64,000 nucleotides of DNA from Candidatus Woesearchaeota archaeon (GCA_019322485.1 JAHWIK010000015.1:23216-87215), one strand, 5' to 3'. Positions 36,924 to 46,522 are shown, counted from the stretch's first letter. Made by a program: numbers and translations. Notes: generated by a model from the letters alone, not told the origin.

Positions 36924-38305
36924 GCTGGAAATTAATCACATTAAAACAGTATCCGATGTTCTCGAGATGGTGGATACATGAAGCGTTTCTCCACGATATG
37001 AAAGATACTTTAGGTATGAATTTTAAAATGTACAAATCGCTCTATAGCGGGACTTATGCTGATAGTGATGAGGTTGAAAAGTTAAGGTCTATGTTAATAT
37101 CTAAACTTGAAAAAGATATTGATTCAATTAGGAAATTATGTGAGAATTGGAAACATGATTGTGATGAGCTTATTAGATTTACAAAAGAATTAGAAAAATC
37201 GGACTTCTCAAAAAACTCTGATGAGGAATTAGTTAATTTATCAGAGAATTGCATTAAAAAATTAAGAAGAAGCGCTTCATATATTTATCTGTCAGTTGTT
37301 TTGGATGAATATTTTCAGAATTGGCTGAATAAAATACTTGAAGCTAAGGTTCAGGACCAGAATGAGAGGACAAAATACTTCCAAATTCTTACATCTCCAA
37401 CAAAAAATACTAAATTAATTGACGCTAAGAAGGTATTAATTGAGATTTCTAAAGTTGTTAAAGAGAAAGGTCTTGAGGGAGCAGAGGACTTAATCAAAGA
37501 TTATGTATCTAAATTTAAATGGCTTGGATATGATACTGGAATTGGAAGTGATTTAACTATAGAACAAACAAAGGATAAGATTTCTAATATTCTTGAGCAA
37601 AAACAGCACGACTCTGATGTTAAAAATAGGGATGAGGTCTTGTCTGAGTTGGATCTCAATGAAAAAGATAAAGAATTACTTGACTTGATGGACGAACTTA
37701 TTTTCCTAAGGACTTATAGGGCTGAAAGCAATATGGTTGCAGGAGCTGATATAAGGCCTATTCTTGAAGAACTTGCAAAAAGAGCCAATACAAATTATGA
37801 TAATCTAGTTCAATTAACCATTGATGAAATAAAAGACTCAATAAAGTCAAAAAAAGTAGACTTGAAGAAGATTGAGGAGAGAAAGAATAAGTATGGCTTG
37901 TTAATGGTCGATGGAAAGAATACAATCTACAGTGGAGATGAAGTGGATAAAGTAGAGGAAAAGGTTGAAGTTCCTGAAGGATTGACAGAGTTAAAAGGAT
38001 TAGTAGCACACCATGGAAATAAGAGGGGCCATGTTAAGATTGTTTTGAGGCATAAAGACTTTGATAAGATTGAATTTGGAGATATTTTGGTAACAAAGAT
38101 GACTAATCCTGATTTTATAGTTGTTTTAGAACAGTGTTCTGGAATAATTACAGACATTGGAGGGATAACCTCTCATGCAGCGATTGTTGCACGAGAACTA
38201 AACAAGCCATGCATTACAGGAACTCAATATGCTACAAAAGTCTTGAAAGATGGTGACTTAGTTGAGCTTGATACAGATAAAGGCATTGTAAAGATAATAA
38301 AATGA
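36920..38305 (+). CDS. protein of unknown function (461 aa): a novel ~340-aa N-terminal region plus a C-terminal PEP-utilising-enzyme mobile (phosphohistidine swivel) domain. It is embedded in the MEP operon at the position where dxr would be expected.
   Basis: C-terminal 'GLVAHHGNKRGHVKIV...GGITSHAAIVARELNKPCITG' is the PEP-utilisers domain with the catalytic His. ATGA overlaps with both ispG and ispDF. Confidence 0.6.
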   Translation: MSWKLITLKQYPMFSRWWIHEAFLHDMKDTLGMNFKMYKSLYSGTYADSDEVEKLRSMLISKLEKDIDSIRKLCENWKHDCDELIRFTKELEKSDFSKNSDEELVNLSENCIKKLRRSASYIYLSVVLDEYFQNWLNKILEAKVQDQNERTKYFQILTSPTKNTKLIDAKKVLIEISKVVKEKGLEGAEDLIKDYVSKFKWLGYDTGIGSDLTIEQTKDKISNILEQKQHDSDVKNRDEVLSELDLNEKDKELLDLMDELIFLRTYRAESNMVAGADIRPILEELAKRANTNYDNLVQLTIDEIKDSIKSKKVDLKKIEERKNKYGLLMVDGKNTIYSGDEVDKVEEKVEVPEGLTELKGLVAHHGNKRGHVKIVLRHKDFDKIEFGDILVTKMTNPDFIVVLEQCSGIITDIGGITSHAAIVARELNKPCITGTQYATKVLKDGDLVELDTDKGIVKIIK

Positions 38306-39453
38306 ACATAGCAATCATAACAGCAGCTGGAAAAGGAACAAGGATGAATGAAAAAGTCAATAAAATATTGTTATCTTTAGTCGATAAATCAATAATTGAA
38401 GAAACAATCGAGGTTTTTGAGGCGTGTAAAGATATTGATGAGATAATTATTGTTGGAAACAGCGATGATATTGAATCATTAAACAAAATCAATGAAAAAA
38501 ATAATTATAAAAAAATTAAAAAAATCATTGAAGGCGGAGAACAACGGCAGGATTCAGTGTTTAATGGAATAAAATCCATTGAAAATGCGAGTAATGATGA
38601 TATTTTATTGATTCATAATGGTGCAAACCCCCTTGTAGACGAGAAAACGATTCTTGAATGTATTAAAGAAGCAAAGGAGCATGGGGCAGCTGTTGCTGCA
38701 ATGCCTGCAAAAGATACAATAAAACAGGTTGAGAATGGTTTTGTTGCTAAAACATTGGATAGAAAGCAGCTCTGGCAGATGCAGACACCGCAAACAATCC
38801 AGTTTGGGCTTGCGAAAGAGGCTTTTGAAAAGGCATTTGCTGATAATTTCTATGGAACTGATGATGTTGGGCTTGTAGAAAGGCTTGGAAAAAAGGTTAA
38901 GATTGTTGAGTGCAATACTGAGAACGTAAAAATCACAACAAAGAATGATTTAGAACAAGCAAGACTCTTGCTTAATGCTTCTGTTGTTGGAATCGGACAG
39001 GATTCCCACAAATTTACCGACGAGAAAAAGGATTTAGTTTTGGGTGGTGTAGTAATTCCAAATGAGCAGGGCTTAGAAGCAAACTCTGATGGTGATGTCA
39101 TCCTGCATGCCTTGTTTAATGCTTTAAGCCAGGCAGCTGGAGAAAAATCATTGGGAAATTATGCAGATTCAATGTGTGAGAATGGAATAAAAGACAGCAG
39201 AGAGTATCTAAGAGTGATTTTAGACATAATCAACAAGAAAAATTACAAGATAAATAATGTTGGCTTTATGATAGAAGCAAAAAAGCCAAGGCTAGGGGCT
39301 AATGAAGACAGAATAAAAGAGAATATTGCAAATTTATTGGGAATAACTAAAGATAAAGTTGGAATAACAGCAACCTCAGGAGAGGAATTAACTCCATTTG
39401 GCCAGGGCAAGGCAATACAGGTATTTTCAGTTGCAAGCTTAACAAGAAAATAA
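38302..39453 (+). CDS. ispDF: bifunctional MEP cytidylyltransferase / MEcPP synthase (IspDF)
   Basis: N-terminal 'IAIITAAGKGTRM' (IspD). C-terminal 'IGQDSHKF...GLEANSDGDVILHAL' (IspF). Confidence 0.85.
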   Translation: MNIAIITAAGKGTRMNEKVNKILLSLVDKSIIEETIEVFEACKDIDEIIIVGNSDDIESLNKINEKNNYKKIKKIIEGGEQRQDSVFNGIKSIENASNDDILLIHNGANPLVDEKTILECIKEAKEHGAAVAAMPAKDTIKQVENGFVAKTLDRKQLWQMQTPQTIQFGLAKEAFEKAFADNFYGTDDVGLVERLGKKVKIVECNTENVKITTKNDLEQARLLLNASVVGIGQDSHKFTDEKKDLVLGGVVIPNEQGLEANSDGDVILHALFNALSQAAGEKSLGNYADSMCENGIKDSREYLRVILDIINKKNYKINNVGFMIEAKKPRLGANEDRIKENIANLLGITKDKVGITATSGEELTPFGQGKAIQVFSVASLTRK

Positions 39454-39474
39454 TGAAAATCAAAGATTTTCAGT

Positions 39475-40344
39475 ATGTCAAAAACCAAGGTTTTTAACAT
39501 GATCCAGCTAAAAGCACACGCAAAGATAAACCTGACCTTAGATGTACTTGCAAGGCTGGATGACGGCTATCATCGGATAGAATCTATAAAACAGCAGGTT
39601 GGTTTGCACGATAAAATCTCATTAGGGCCATTGGATGATATAAAGGTAATCTGCAGCCATCCTAACATAACCACAAAAGAAAATCTTGTCTTTAAAACAG
39701 CATTGTTGCTAAAAAATGAATTTAATGTAGCAGAGGGAGCGAAGATAACAATAGAAAAAAATATTCCATTAGCTGCTGGCTTGGCTGGAGGCTCATCAGA
39801 CGCAGCAGCAACCCTGGTAGGATTAAACAAGCTTTGGAAACTTGAGCTTGATGAGCAGGAACTGACAAAATTAGCTGCAGAGATTGGAATGGATGTTCCT
39901 TTTTCTGTTGTTGGCGGTTCTTGTTTTGCAGAGGGCAAAGGCACTAAACTAAGCAGGATAGAGCTGCCTGAGATGCATGTGCTGTTAATCAACCCTGGTT
40001 TTGAAGTCTCTACAAGAACAGCTTACCAAAGCCTTGACTTGTCAAGAACAGGAAAGGCAATGGCAACAAAGAAACTATTGGAAGTAAGGAACATGGGTGT
40101 GAGAGAAATATCAAAGGTCATGCATAATGACTTTGAAGCTGTGGTGCTGGGGAAGCATTCTATTCTGAAAGAGATAAAGGGCAAATTAATGGAGAATAAT
40201 GCCTTGAATGCAATAGTATCTGGCTCAGGGCCAACTGTTTTTGGCTTGTTTGAGGATGAATCAACTATAAGCAAGGCTTACGAATCTCTTAAAGAAACTT
40301 ATCCATTTGTATTCATGACAAAAACAGTAGCGAGGAAAGAATGA
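39475..40344 (+). CDS. ispE: 4-diphosphocytidyl-2-C-methyl-D-erythritol kinase
   Basis: 'KINLTLDVLARLDDGYHRIESI' and GHMP-kinase motif 'PLAAGLAGGSSDAAA'. Confidence 0.8.
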   Translation: MSKTKVFNMIQLKAHAKINLTLDVLARLDDGYHRIESIKQQVGLHDKISLGPLDDIKVICSHPNITTKENLVFKTALLLKNEFNVAEGAKITIEKNIPLAAGLAGGSSDAAATLVGLNKLWKLELDEQELTKLAAEIGMDVPFSVVGGSCFAEGKGTKLSRIELPEMHVLLINPGFEVSTRTAYQSLDLSRTGKAMATKKLLEVRNMGVREISKVMHNDFEAVVLGKHSILKEIKGKLMENNALNAIVSGSGPTVFGLFEDESTISKAYESLKETYPFVFMTKTVARKE

Positions 40345-41153
40345 GAATTAAAAAAGCAAAGCACTCTGGATTTTGTTTTGGTGTTAAGAGGGCAGTAGAG
40401 TCAGCGCTGGGCACAGAGGGGGAAGTAAAGACATTAGGCCCATTAATACATAATCCTCAGTTTATAGCAGAGCTTGAGAAAAAGGGAATAAAATCTGTTG
40501 ATTCTGTCGATGAGGTTGAAAAAGGCTCTTTGATAATAAGGGCGCATGGTGTCCCGGATTCTGTTATAGAAAAGGCCAGGGGAAAAGGGCTTAATGTAAC
40601 TGATTTAACATGTCCTTTTGTCAGGAAGGTGCATGATTATGCTAAGGAATTCTACAAACAAGGCTATAGTGTGGTTGTGGTTGGAGAGAAAAACCATCCT
40701 GAGGTTGTAGGAATAATTGGCAACATTGATGGTATTGTTGTGGGCAATGCAGATGATGCAAGGAAACTTGGCAGGTTCGAAAAGATTGGAGTGGTTGCAC
40801 AAACAACACAATCACTTGAGAACTTTAACAATGTTGTTGATGAGCTGAAAAAGCATACAGATGAGTTAAAGGTACATAATACCATATGCTCTGAAACAGA
40901 TTCAAGGCAGAAACACGCTATTGAGCTGGCAAAAGAGGTTGACTTGATGATAGTTATTGGGGGGAGAAACTCTGGAAATACCAGAAGGCTTGCCCAGCTT
41001 TGCTCTAAATTAACTGAAACAAAGCATATTGAGTCTGAGGATGAGTTAAAGGAGGGGTGGTTTGCAGGCAAGGGTTGTGTTGGGATAACAGCTGGCGCTT
41101 CAACACCGGACAGCACAATCAAGAAGATTGAGGATAGAATCAGGGAGATATGA
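40341..41153 (+). CDS. ispH: 4-hydroxy-3-methylbut-2-enyl diphosphate reductase (IspH/LytB), short form
   Basis: 'HSGFCFGVKRAVESAL' N-terminal Cys motif, and further conserved Cys/His residues. ATGA overlap with ispE. Confidence 0.75.
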   Translation: MRIKKAKHSGFCFGVKRAVESALGTEGEVKTLGPLIHNPQFIAELEKKGIKSVDSVDEVEKGSLIIRAHGVPDSVIEKARGKGLNVTDLTCPFVRKVHDYAKEFYKQGYSVVVVGEKNHPEVVGIIGNIDGIVVGNADDARKLGRFEKIGVVAQTTQSLENFNNVVDELKKHTDELKVHNTICSETDSRQKHAIELAKEVDLMIVIGGRNSGNTRRLAQLCSKLTETKHIESEDELKEGWFAGKGCVGITAGASTPDSTIKKIEDRIREI

Positions 41154-42246
41154 GATTATGGAATTCATACAAGCAGTAGGGCAATACAAGGGAATAGTCA
41201 ATAAGACTTTAAGCACGTTCTTTGATAATCATATCAATAAAACACAGGATGGCTTTCTAAAATTTAATTATTCTACACTTAGGGATTATGTTTTGCGGGA
41301 CGGCAAGAGATTAAGGCCAATCACACTGATAATGGCTTACAAGTCAATAACTGATAATGATGAGCAGAAGATTTACATGCCTTCTTTGAGTATGGAACTG
41401 TTCCATGCTTCCTCATTAATACATGATGATATAATGGATGAGGATGATTTAAGGAGGGGAAAAGAGAGCATGCATACCCTGTTTAACCAGTGGTTTGTTG
41501 ATAATCACGGCCAGGCAGGCTATAATGGGCCTATATTTAACCAGTTATCTACTAAGTTTGGGGTTTCTATGGCAATACTGCAGGGAAATATACTGATTGC
41601 TTTAGGTGAGTCCTGCTTGTCAGGCTCCTCATTTGCCCCGGAACAGATAAAGGCTGCTTTAATGGTGTGCAATAACACAAACAAGGTAGTTAATGAAGGC
41701 CAGATACAGGACATTGTTCTGGAGACAAAGAGGGAGTTTACTGAAAATGATTATTTGAGTATGATTGCTAAGAAAACAGGCAAATTATTCAGCACATCTC
41801 TTGAGATAGGTGCAGTATTTGCAGGTGCAACAGATTCTCAGAGAAAAGCGCTTGATAATTATGCATTATCTGCAGCAACAACATTCCAGATACAGGACGA
41901 TATAATGGACATAAGCCCTGATATGAAAAAGGGGCATGAGGTTGGCTCTGATATAAAGCAGGGAAAAAGAACCTTGCTTGTTATGAAGGCCCTGGAAAAA
42001 GGGGATGAAGGCCAAAAAAAGGTTTTGTTTGATGCTCTTGGCAATGAGAAAGCAACACCAGAAGAAATAGAGATTGCTATCGATGTTATGCACGCTACAG
42101 GGGCAGTTGATTATGCAAAGAATCTTGCAGCTGATATGATTAAGAAAGGAAAGGATGCGCTTAAGGAAGCAGACCCTGCTTTATCTTCTGATGGATTGAA
42201 GTTCTTTAATGATTTAGCAGATTATATGGTAAATAGAAATGTCTAG
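41128..42246 (+). CDS. polyprenyl diphosphate synthase (GGPP synthase-like)
   Basis: First and second Asp-rich motifs 'LIHDDIMDEDD' and 'FQIQDDIMD'. Confidence 0.8.
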   Translation: MRIESGRYEIMEFIQAVGQYKGIVNKTLSTFFDNHINKTQDGFLKFNYSTLRDYVLRDGKRLRPITLIMAYKSITDNDEQKIYMPSLSMELFHASSLIHDDIMDEDDLRRGKESMHTLFNQWFVDNHGQAGYNGPIFNQLSTKFGVSMAILQGNILIALGESCLSGSSFAPEQIKAALMVCNNTNKVVNEGQIQDIVLETKREFTENDYLSMIAKKTGKLFSTSLEIGAVFAGATDSQRKALDNYALSAATTFQIQDDIMDISPDMKKGHEVGSDIKQGKRTLLVMKALEKGDEGQKKVLFDALGNEKATPEEIEIAIDVMHATGAVDYAKNLAADMIKKGKDALKEADPALSSDGLKFFNDLADYMVNRNV

Positions 42247-42764
42247 GATTTGATTAGTTTCTCTAGCTTGTCCCAATTGTCTGCTGAGTTTTCTTCGCAG
42301 TTATAGGTTGCCAGCTTGACTCCTTGAGGTATGACCTTGACTTTGTATGCATGAGCTCCTTTAGAGTTTACTTTCTCATTTCTTATGCTTTTTTTAATCT
42401 CTTCAGAGCAGGCAAAGCCAATAACTCCTCTTGGCTTGTGTTTCTTTATAATCCTCTTCATGAAGTTAAGAGAAGGAACAACAAAGAATTTAGAGCCAAG
42501 GCCTTCGCTTAATTTTCTTATGTCCCCTATCTTACACAGTCCGCAGCTGATGCACTTAACCCCTTCTAATGAATCAAGCCTTGCAGGACATTTAGGATTT
42601 CTTAAGCAGTGAGGCAGAAAAACGGCTCTTTCATTCTTAGGTATTTTCCTGAAGTCTTCCTCATAATATTTGTTGATAGCATCTAGGATATCATGTTTTA
42701 TTCCTAATAGCTTTCTAAGTGGATATAACGATACTGTCAGGAAGAATTTCACTTTTTTATTCAT
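42243..42764 (-). CDS. Cys-rich archaeal protein (DUF116-like)
   Basis: Conserved Cys pattern 'HCLRNPKCP...CISCGLCKIGD...GFACSEE'. 173 aa. Confidence 0.4.
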   Translation of the reverse strand: MNKKVKFFLTVSLYPLRKLLGIKHDILDAINKYYEEDFRKIPKNERAVFLPHCLRNPKCPARLDSLEGVKCISCGLCKIGDIRKLSEGLGSKFFVVPSLNFMKRIIKKHKPRGVIGFACSEEIKKSIRNEKVNSKGAHAYKVKVIPQGVKLATYNCEENSADNWDKLEKLIKS

Positions 42765-42788
42765 TTTTTTGAATAAAAATAAAAAAAT

Positions 42789-43244
42789 TTATTCTAACAA
42801 CATTCTTGCTCTTGATGGATCATATTTCCACTCAGAGGATAATTTTCCAGTTCTCTTGTAGTACTTTACAAGCCTGTTTATCTTTGACGAGGTTAACAAC
42901 AAGCCTCTTTTTGCAGTTGAGTCTCTTGTGTTTGCCTCAAGATGCTTGTGTATCTTAACTGCCCTCCTTATGAGGCTTTGCAGGTCCTCAGGCATAGCTG
43001 GCAGAATTTTCTTTTCTTTTAGAATCTGCGTAATGTCCTTTTTTGTTAACAGCTTAACATTAGGAACACCGTAAGTATCTCTTAGTGAAATGCCTATCTG
43101 GGAAGGTGTTTTGCCTTCTTTTGCCAGCCTTACAATCAATAATTCTATTTCCTTTCCTTTGTACCTTGTCCATGTGGGTGTTGTTGTCTGTAATGGTTTT
43201 TTGCTTTTAGCTTTACCTTTCCTTCTTGAATACATTCTTGCCAT
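42789..43244 (-). CDS. rps15: 30S ribosomal protein S15 (uS15 / S13e)
   Basis: 'MARMYSRRKGKAKSKKP' N-terminus plus the S15 helical C-domain 'HLEANTRDSTAKRGLLLTSSKINRLVKYY'. Confidence 0.75.
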   Translation of the reverse strand: MARMYSRRKGKAKSKKPLQTTTPTWTRYKGKEIELLIVRLAKEGKTPSQIGISLRDTYGVPNVKLLTKKDITQILKEKKILPAMPEDLQSLIRRAVKIHKHLEANTRDSTAKRGLLLTSSKINRLVKYYKRTGKLSSEWKYDPSRARMLLE

Positions 43245-43382
43245 AGTATCACCTTTAGTCTATTTTATTTGGAAACAAATGAGAATTCATTTTGTCTCCA
43301 GTATAAGCGAGCCATTATTGACCTGCTTATCTCTCGATATAATATAGGAATGATAATTGGTTTAAAAACCTTACTATATGAA

Positions 43383-43554
43383 GAAATAATCAATAGCCCC
43401 GGGCAGATTCGAACTGCCGTCCCCGGCTGTTTTCGATGGAAATCGCAAAACTGTTGGAAATCTTTGATTTCCACCACCAAAAGCAGGGATGATTTGTCGG
43501 AAATCGGAGATTTCTGAGCAAATTGAAAATCTCCGATTTTCAATTGACCACTAC
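43383..43554 (-). tRNA. intron-containing tRNA candidate (172 nt, about 97 nt of intronic sequence; anticodon not resolved)
   Basis: Perfect 7-bp acceptor stem (AGCCCCG/CGGGGCT), 5' 'TAGTGTAGTGGTCA' D-region and canonical T-arm 'GGCAGTTCGAATCTGCC'. The interior contains stable hairpins (e.g. ATTGAAAATC/GATTTTCAAT). Confidence 0.45.
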
Positions 43555-43644
43555 ACTACGGGGCTCTAAAGCTAAGAAACTCCTCGCGAATATATAAAAG
43601 TTGTGATAAACTAAATCAAAAATTATTTATACCAGTGTTTTAGA

Positions 43645-44247
43645 TTGTTAGTCATGGCACTATTGACCAGTATGTTGGAGGCCTTGAATCAGATAGGGGC
43701 TTCTTTTACTCAGGATTATAGTTTGTGGTGGTATCTTGCACCTGTTTTTTTGCTGTGGACCCTATTGGAGCTTTATTTTGGCAAATATAAGAGGGAAAAG
43801 CTTGGTTGGAACACCTCTCTCGGTAATGGGATTACTTTAACCTGGATTAGTGTTGAGTCAATGCGTTTCCTGTTTGAAAAGCAGCCCTCAAATTTTTGGT
43901 TTAAATTTGGAATTATAATGGCAATATTGCTTTATGCAATGTTGATAGTTTATTTTGCATTCTCACATAAATTATCTGCTAAGGTCACTTATACCCTGGC
44001 AAGCCCTAGTCCGGTGTATTTTCTGAGCGCTGTTACGATTTTATGGGGCCATGGAGTTTTGATTGTGACCTGGTGGGTTCTGCTTGACCTGGTCATTATA
44101 TATATCCTCTTGGCGATTATTTTTTTAATTATCAAAAAGATTATGCCAGAGTCAACAAGGGATATGGAAGGAGAACAGCCTCCAGGGTTAGGGGGCATGG
44201 GTAAAGAGGATTTAGGTTTGAAAGATCTCAAAGATTTAAAGATCTAA
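43645..44247 (+). CDS. polytopic membrane protein of unknown function
   Basis: Several predicted TM helices and a C-terminal charged tail. Confidence 0.45.
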   Translation: MLVMALLTSMLEALNQIGASFTQDYSLWWYLAPVFLLWTLLELYFGKYKREKLGWNTSLGNGITLTWISVESMRFLFEKQPSNFWFKFGIIMAILLYAMLIVYFAFSHKLSAKVTYTLASPSPVYFLSAVTILWGHGVLIVTWWVLLDLVIIYILLAIIFLIIKKIMPESTRDMEGEQPPGLGGMGKEDLGLKDLKDLKI

Positions 44248-44255
44248 TTTTCAAC

Positions 44256-44558
44256 ATGAAAAAAATTATTTTATTTTGTTTGGTGCTTCTAGTAGTGCTA
44301 GCTGGCTGCAGGCCAAAGGAAAAGATAGTTATTGCAGACAAAACAGGAGCTATGACTAAATCTATGGGAGGGCCTTCCTTGAACTGCCAGGACAGTGACG
44401 GAGGAAATACTCCAGAAGTAAAGGGAACTGTTACAGTGACTGGAGCTGAGGAAACTGACTCCTGCCTTGGAGATTTCCTGGTAGAGTATTACTGCGAGAA
44501 TGGAAGGAAAACACATACGAATATAAGATGCGATTGTGAAGACGGCGCTTGTTCTTAG
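44256..44558 (+). CDS. small Cys-containing lipoprotein / secreted protein
   Basis: 'VVLAGCRPK' lipobox. Six Cys residues in 100 aa. Confidence 0.4.
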   Translation: MKKIILFCLVLLVVLAGCRPKEKIVIADKTGAMTKSMGGPSLNCQDSDGGNTPEVKGTVTVTGAEETDSCLGDFLVEYYCENGRKTHTNIRCDCEDGACS

Positions 44559-45286
44559 CTGTAAAGCTTAAGTGATTCTTCTTCCATGAAATGCAGATTT
44601 CCCGGTATGATTAAACACTGAGGATATTTTTCAATCTTTAGATTCTTAATGTCTCTCAATTTAGCTGATTTGATAAAGGGAGCATCAGAGCCGAGCTGTG
44701 CGCAGGCAACAGCTAGTTTGTCACTCTCAACACCTTCTTTTATCAGATATTTAGCTGCATCACCTATAGTTAGGAACTTGTTGTTTTTGGGGTCTAAGTC
44801 TAATAGAAACAAAGTATGGAACCCAATTGACTGGTTGCTTTTCAATACACTAACTGGTGATTTAATATCTTTATTATTGAATGGAATGGAGGTTGTTTTT
44901 CCGAATTTATACAGCTCTAAACCAGTTATGCCAACAGCAGTCAGTATAGAGGCATTATGGATTATTTTTGTCTTAACTCCAGCTTTCTTTGCTCTCATAA
45001 GAATGTCAATATGTGTTGTCGCTCCAAACACATCGCCAATTATCAATAAAGCAGTTTCCTTGGTTTTTGCATCTTTGAGTATGGTTTCTTCAGCTTTTTT
45101 CTCTACTAGGTCTCTATCAGCCACTATAATCTTCTTTCCGTAGACTTTCTCTAGAGCTCCTACAGAACAATTAAGCTTAGATGTGTAGCTTTCCAAGTAA
45201 ACTGATTCACATTTCCTTACAGCTTCCAAGCCTTTAACACTGATATCTTTCTCATCATTAAGGCCGATTCCTATTAGGTATAACAT
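44555..45286 (-). CDS. dph5: diphthine synthase (Dph5)
   Basis: 'MLYLIGIGLNDEKDISVKGLEAVRKCESVYLESYTS' N-terminus and tetrapyrrole-methylase fold. Confidence 0.8.
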   Translation of the reverse strand: MLYLIGIGLNDEKDISVKGLEAVRKCESVYLESYTSKLNCSVGALEKVYGKKIIVADRDLVEKKAEETILKDAKTKETALLIIGDVFGATTHIDILMRAKKAGVKTKIIHNASILTAVGITGLELYKFGKTTSIPFNNKDIKSPVSVLKSNQSIGFHTLFLLDLDPKNNKFLTIGDAAKYLIKEGVESDKLAVACAQLGSDAPFIKSAKLRDIKNLKIEKYPQCLIIPGNLHFMEEESLKLYS

Positions 45287-45448
45287 GGGAAAGGAAAATT
45301 AAGGCTGTTTTATAAACATTATTAAAAATAAAAAAAGAAAAAAAATCCCCGCTATGCGCAGGGGATTCAAGGCCTTCATCCTAAAACGCGTTGGGGGGTG
45401 GTTTAAAAGATGAAGGCAGAATTTCACCGAACTGGTGAATATGATGCC

Positions 45449-46522
45449 TTACCTCACTACGTCTATTCCAAGCTCTTCGCTTATCTGCATAGCTTGAGGG
45501 CTTGCTTTTGTGTAGTCAATCTTGCCTAGGATCCATGGAGACTTTACTCCAGTTATTATAGTCATAACTGTTAACTTGCCTTTTAGTGTGTCATCAACTC
45601 TTGCTCCCCAGATAACATTTGCATCAGGGTCAAGGCTTTCAGTTACTTGTTCTCCAACCTTGTTGATTTCATCCAAGGTCATATCTGGACCACCAGCTAT
45701 ATGTATTAATGCGCCTGTTGCTCCTTTGTAGCTTATGTCAAGCAAAGGATTGCTTAATGCTCCCTTTACTGCTTCATCTACTCTGTTGTTTGTGTCAGAA
45801 GCACCAACTCCGATAGCTGCTACTCCGCCGTTTGTCATTATTGTTTTAACATCTGCATAATCAAGGTTAACCAAGCTAGGTATTGCTATTGTCTCAACAA
45901 TTCCTTTTATCATTGTAGCTATTAGTTCGTTAGCTACGGCAAACGCTTGTTTTATAGGCAGGTTACCTGCTATATTTACCAGCCTGTTGTTATCAATGAC
46001 TATAACTGTGTCTGCAACTTGTCTTAATTGCTGCAAGCCAAATTCAGCTTTGTCTACTCTCGCGCGCTCAATCTTAAATGGCATTGTCACTGTTCCTATT
46101 ACTATGGAACCAGTGTCTTTTGCTACTTGTGCTATTATTGGGGCTCCGCCTGTACCTGTGCCGCCACCCATGCCTGCGCAGACAAATACCATGTCTGAGC
46201 TTTTTAGCACTTCTTTTATCTCCTGTATGCTTTCCTGTGCTGCTTCAGCACCTTTCTCTGGATAGCCTCCACAGCCTAGGCCACGAGTTACTTCTTTCCC
46301 AACCAGGAACTTGCGGTCAGAATCAGTTATATCTAAGTGCTGTCTGTCAGTGTTGGCTGCGATTATTTCAGCACCTTTTATACCCTTTTGGTATAGCCAG
46401 CCAACCATGTTATTGCCAGCTCCGCCAATACCAATTACCTTTATATTTGCTTGACCTATGTCAAGTTCTTTTGTTCCCTGTTCTTCTGCGTGTTTTAACG
46501 CACTATCTATTATAAAGTCCAT
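45449..46522 (-). CDS. ftsZ: cell division GTPase FtsZ
   Basis: Tubulin signature 'GGGTGTGGAPIIAQVAKD' and 'VIGIGGAGNN' GTP-binding loop. Confidence 0.85.
   Translation of the reverse strand: MDFIIDSALKHAEEQGTKELDIGQANIKVIGIGGAGNNMVGWLYQKGIKGAEIIAANTDRQHLDITDSDRKFLVGKEVTRGLGCGGYPEKGAEAAQESIQEIKEVLKSSDMVFVCAGMGGGTGTGGAPIIAQVAKDTGSIVIGTVTMPFKIERARVDKAEFGLQQLRQVADTVIVIDNNRLVNIAGNLPIKQAFAVANELIATMIKGIVETIAIPSLVNLDYADVKTIMTNGGVAAIGVGASDTNNRVDEAVKGALSNPLLDISYKGATGALIHIAGGPDMTLDEINKVGEQVTESLDPDANVIWGARVDDTLKGKLTVMTIITGVKSPWILGKIDYTKASPQAMQISEELGIDVVR

Noticed and set aside
36920-38305. Calling the 461-aa protein phosphoenolpyruvate synthase or PPDK
   Set aside because: It has only the central phosphohistidine swivel domain. 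The N-terminal ATP-grasp nucleotide-binding domain and the C-terminal PEP/pyruvate TIM-barrel domain are both absent, so the enzyme name would be unjustified.
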